Origin: an uncultured Eubacteriales bacterium
GTDB lineage: Bacteria > Bacillota > Clostridia > Oscillospirales > CAG-272
Reading direction: 5' to 3'
DNA: 35,143 nt
Assembly: GCA_900555785.1 (NCBI GenBank)
Contig: USMO01000002.1
Coordinates: 1-35,143 of the forward strand
Made by a program: the position numbers and the translations under genes
Part shown: positions 32,702 through 35,143 of the stretch, piece after piece
How the letters are laid out: every line of letters begins with the position of its first letter
Position numbering within the stretch: position 1 is the stretch's first letter
The notes under the pieces: model-generated
Told to the model about the DNA's origin: nothing
Database searches by the model: none
The model's input: the letters and a program-made list of their open reading frames with translations, nothing else

Positions 32702-33031
32702 ATCCGTTTGCCTGCCTCAACCGCACCAACACCCTCGGCGCGGTGCATCATACCGACCGGAGGGAACCTGGATCGGTCCTGCACTCTGGCGCACGACCGG
32801 AAACCGTTGGTGCTACGAATACGAACCGGAAGAGGAAGGAATTTTGCACCGCCCGATGCCGATCTTGGAGAAAGACCGAAACGGAACAGAGCGTCAGGAA
32901 TCCCGGTTTTCGGAATTGGAACCTTCTGTCCAACAACATGCTGAAGTGGTTGAGAGAGAATCCCTGATATAGCTTTGGCAACAGATGTGGCTGTGAAATT
33001 CCCAAACGGATTTTCACAGCCACTGTTTTTG
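32702..33031 (+). ncRNA. candidate orphan structured RNA, ~330 nt, class unknown
   Basis: It is bounded by the extended -10 promoter and a strong + strand terminator (GTGGCTGTGAAA/TTTCACAGCCAC + TGTTTTT at 32987-33031). Stacked long-range helices pair 32716-32722 with 32948-32954 and 32723-32730 with 32806-32813. No ORF has an SD. Confidence 0.35.
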
Positions 33032-33084
33032 TATCCTATGATTTTGCCCCTTTACCACTTCCCGTAACATGAAGCGGGGGTTTT

Positions 33085-34062
33085 TTATTTTGCCGCTTGC
33101 TGTTTCGATTCCGCCAGGTGCTTGCTATATTCCAAAAGAAGCGCGTCCAGCGTTTCGCGGTAGAATGCGTTCGGCTGCTGCTTGACGACATAGCTGTGCG
33201 GGCCCATCGTGCTTGGCGTGAGGCGGTTACAACCGCTTTCGGGGTCGATAGAGGCGGTACCGCAGGCGCACCGGAAACCGACCCGCTCCGGGTCCCCGAT
33301 GCAGGCAAGATAGGTGAGCAGCGGGTCCCAGGAGGGGCGGCCATCTGCCGCGCCGTAATCGGAAAGCACGGTGCGCAGGGTGTCGTCCCATGTGCATTGG
33401 TTCAGGACCGTGCCGCTGAGAATATCCACCGCGACCTCAAACCCAAGAAAGGTGATCGGGACCGGGCATTTTTCCACCACAGTATGGATGGCGTGCCGTG
33501 CCTTTTCGGTTTTGGAAAAGTTAAATTCGGGAACGGTTTCCGAATCCCATTTCCCGCCCATCATCCAGAGCCTGCCCACGCGGCTTGCAACGAGCGCTTC
33601 GCCCGAGAGCGGGGAGAGGTCGTCCGGCCCGGACAAAAGGAGCGCCGCCAGCACCTGCGAGAATCCGACCTCAATCAGGTCGACCGGAACCTCAGCCCCG
33701 GCAAGCAGCCTGCGGTACATCCGCACGCTTTCCTCCGCTTCGCGGTTCTCTTTTTCCCGGTCCCGACCGGCGGCAAGCCTCGGTTGGTAAGCCGCAGGAC
33801 CGCCGTAATCAAACGCGCTGTGGTCCAGCGCAACGGGAACGCCCGCCAGCTGTTCCTCCTCAAGGAATGCCTTCATGGACGAGACCGAGCAAGCCATTGC
33901 CGAATCAATCGAGACACCGAGCAGACGGATCAAGCCTTTCCATTGCGCCCAGGCGAGGACGCGGACGGCAACCGCATCGTCGCAGTCGGTGTGCCAGTCG
34001 GTGCCGAAAATAACCGCCCGCGGACGGGTGCTTGCAGGGGTGGAAACATGTTGTGTTTGCAT
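33085..34062 (-). CDS. nucleoside hydrolase-like (IUNH-fold) protein, divergent
   Basis: 325 aa with the N-terminal Asp cluster FGTDWHTDCDDAVAVRVL. Confidence 0.55.
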   Translation of the reverse strand: MQTQHVSTPASTRPRAVIFGTDWHTDCDDAVAVRVLAWAQWKGLIRLLGVSIDSAMACSVSSMKAFLEEEQLAGVPVALDHSAFDYGGPAAYQPRLAAGRDREKENREAEESVRMYRRLLAGAEVPVDLIEVGFSQVLAALLLSGPDDLSPLSGEALVASRVGRLWMMGGKWDSETVPEFNFSKTEKARHAIHTVVEKCPVPITFLGFEVAVDILSGTVLNQCTWDDTLRTVLSDYGAADGRPSWDPLLTYLACIGDPERVGFRCACGTASIDPESGCNRLTPSTMGPHSYVVKQQPNAFYRETLDALLLEYSKHLAESKQQAAK

Positions 34063-34123
34063 ATTGGTTTTCCTTCTCTTTTCCTGATTTTTGGGTGCGT
34101 TCTGATTTCAAGATTTTCTGCCC

Positions 34124-34945
34124 TTATGAGGGAAGATAGGTTTCGTAATCCATCGGGTACCAGGTTTCGGATTGGGTTTGGGGATCGAAGCAGTAGACAC
34201 CCATTGGAGAGCCGCACCAGAGTTTACCGTTCCACTCGACGATGGAATCCAGCGCCCAGATGGTGTCCAGCATTTGCGAGTCGGTCAGCTTAGTCAGGGA
34301 GAGATCTGCCGACAGGTGCAGCAATTCGCCGGTTGTTACGATGTACCAGCCGCTCCCGTTCTCCGCAGGGCAGATTGCGCGCGGCAGCCCTTTTGTGCCC
34401 GCAATCTTTTCCCAGGACCAGGTCAGGTCGGAGCGATTCAGATACAGCCAATAAATGCTCCCAAGGTCGTAGCTTGGCGTGCCGAAAACAATCCCGCCGC
34501 TGCAGTCGGTCAGCAAAATGCCGCTTACACGGTCGATCGCAACCATCCCGCAGCAAGCCTCGTCAACGACCAGGCGCGATTCTCCGGCTTCGGGAAGATT
34601 GCTGAAGTAGGGGTAATAGCGGACCCAGCCGTCAAATTCGCCGATGTTGACGCCGAGGAAATAGCCGCAGTCAAACTGCACCAGCGTTGTCGCGGGCTTG
34701 GGCGGCGCATTGCGGATGACCAGCTTTCCGTTCTCCACGCTGACCGAACAGCGGTAATCCTCGTATGGGTTGTCGACGGAAGACCAGACCCGGAACAGCT
34801 CTTCGGCATCAAATTCCGCTGCCTCCAGATGGGTCAGGTTGGGGTAATCGCGGGAGGAAACGGGAACGGACTGAATGGCGCGGCAGGAGGTCAGGGTCGG
34901 CAGCAGGAGCAGCAGGGAAAGCAGGAACAGACAGGCTCGTTTCAT
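34124..34945 (-). CDS. hypothetical lipoprotein
   Basis: 273 aa with lipobox LTSC and a GGAAAGGAAAG SD. Confidence 0.6.
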   Translation of the reverse strand: MKRACLFLLSLLLLLPTLTSCRAIQSVPVSSRDYPNLTHLEAAEFDAEELFRVWSSVDNPYEDYRCSVSVENGKLVIRNAPPKPATTLVQFDCGYFLGVNIGEFDGWVRYYPYFSNLPEAGESRLVVDEACCGMVAIDRVSGILLTDCSGGIVFGTPSYDLGSIYWLYLNRSDLTWSWEKIAGTKGLPRAICPAENGSGWYIVTTGELLHLSADLSLTKLTDSQMLDTIWALDSIVEWNGKLWCGSPMGVYCFDPQTQSETWYPMDYETYLPS

Positions 34946-34993
34946 GGCGTTTCTTTCCTTTCCGATTTATTTTCGAACAGCTTTTCTATTCCT

Positions 34994-35022
34994 ATTATAC
35001 AGGAACTGCCGCCATTTGTCAA
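34994..35022 (-). promoter_or_regulatory. consensus promoter of the lipoprotein/IUNH-like operon
   Basis: Minus strand TTGACA, 17 nt, TATAAT. Confidence 0.7.
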
Positions 35023-35048
35023 TTCTTTTTTTGCTGCTGGATTAAAGT

Positions 35049-35091
35049 TCTTGAAGATTTTTCAGAAACTTCTTTCAAGAAGTTTCTGAAA
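35049..35091. promoter_or_regulatory. palindromic element upstream of the promoter (operator candidate)
   Basis: TCAGAAACTTC-tttcaa-GAAGTTTCTGA (11 bp, extendable to 13), overlapping the alternative TTCTTGAA/TTCAAGAA pairing. No T-run lies on either side. Confidence 0.4.
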
Positions 35092-35143
35092 CAGAGTTTG
35101 AGACAGTATCTCAAGGTCTTGATACCTCCAGCAGCCCGCAGGG

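Noticed and set aside
32675-32967. ORFs of 89 and 93 aa on the plus strand in the orphan unit.
   Set aside because: They have no Shine-Dalgarno sequence in a genome where every confident gene has one. One start lies inside the promoter, and the translations are basic and low-complexity.
32987-33031. GTGAAATTCC and GCCACTG strings reminiscent of cobalamin riboswitch core motifs.
   Set aside because: Both strings are the two arms of a simple perfect terminator hairpin. No B12 box or GGGAA junction elements lie upstream, and there is no downstream gene to regulate.
24954-35089. Shadow ORFs 24954..26459, 26707..28332, 28064..29323, 29381..30307, 30234..31274, 31278..32360, 33097..34293 and 34172..35089.
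   Set aside because: They are antisense to well-supported lipoprotein, EEP, IUNH, AraC, isomerase and oxidoreductase genes. Their composition is typical of GC-rich antisense frames.
1-35143. CRISPR arrays, rRNA genes, IS elements.
   Set aside because: I saw no regularly spaced short direct repeats, no rRNA-like sequence and no transposase-like ORF on either strand.

Overview
This 35.1-kb chromosomal window looks like a moderately GC-rich Firmicute of the class Clostridia. That taxon call is inference from near-consensus TTGACA/TATAAT promoters, AGGAGG-type ribosome-binding sites and the ApbE / Gx-transporter / NusG-domain-II trio. Layout: (1) 1-7.2 kb is housekeeping: apbE (partial), Gx transporter, NusG-II protein, tRNA-Leu(GAG), HAD-IIA phosphatase, DAG-kinase-family lipid kinase, PlsC-type acyltransferase, a lipoprotein and a COG2509-type FAD oxidoreductase. 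A 0.5-kb ORF-free, heavily base-paired spacer sits beside the tRNA. (2) 7.3-13.1 kb is a visibly AT-richer accessory patch downstream of tRNA-Ser(CGA). It carries a tail-anchored protein with an Rx4H (HEPN-like) motif, a 5'-truncated Fic gene, an SF1 helicase-like gene without a credible start, a peptidase-like fragment, a GNAT gene behind a structured leader plus terminator, and a hypothetical/ArsR-DUF2087/XRE operon. No integrase is present, so it reads as decayed. (3) 13.1-21.2 kb and 29.4-32.4 kb carry two GH78 alpha-L-rhamnosidases, an uncharacterised glycan-active-looking protein, three Gfo/Idh/MocA-type oxidoreductases, a xylose-isomerase-like TIM-barrel protein and two AraC regulators. 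(4) 21.5-29.2 kb is an AraC-adjacent seven-gene plus-strand cluster made almost entirely of secreted proteins and lipoproteins: two CBM9-like paralogs, a 53-aa Cys-rich ORF missing from the supplied track, a 69-aa lipoprotein, an orphan SBP-like lipoprotein, an EEP-domain lipoprotein and a nucleoside-hydrolase-fold protein. (5) 32.4-35.1 kb holds a 117-nt hairpin, an orphan ~330-nt promoter-to-terminator unit with no credible ORF, a second nucleoside-hydrolase-like gene and a lipoprotein. The best-supported new observation is a 12-bp box (CAAATGATAAAG) placed exactly 20 nt upstream of the -10 element in four promoters, in two divergent intergenic regions 14 kb apart. No CRISPR array, rRNA or intact mobile element was seen. 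The many long ORFs antisense to these genes are treated as GC-driven shadow ORFs.
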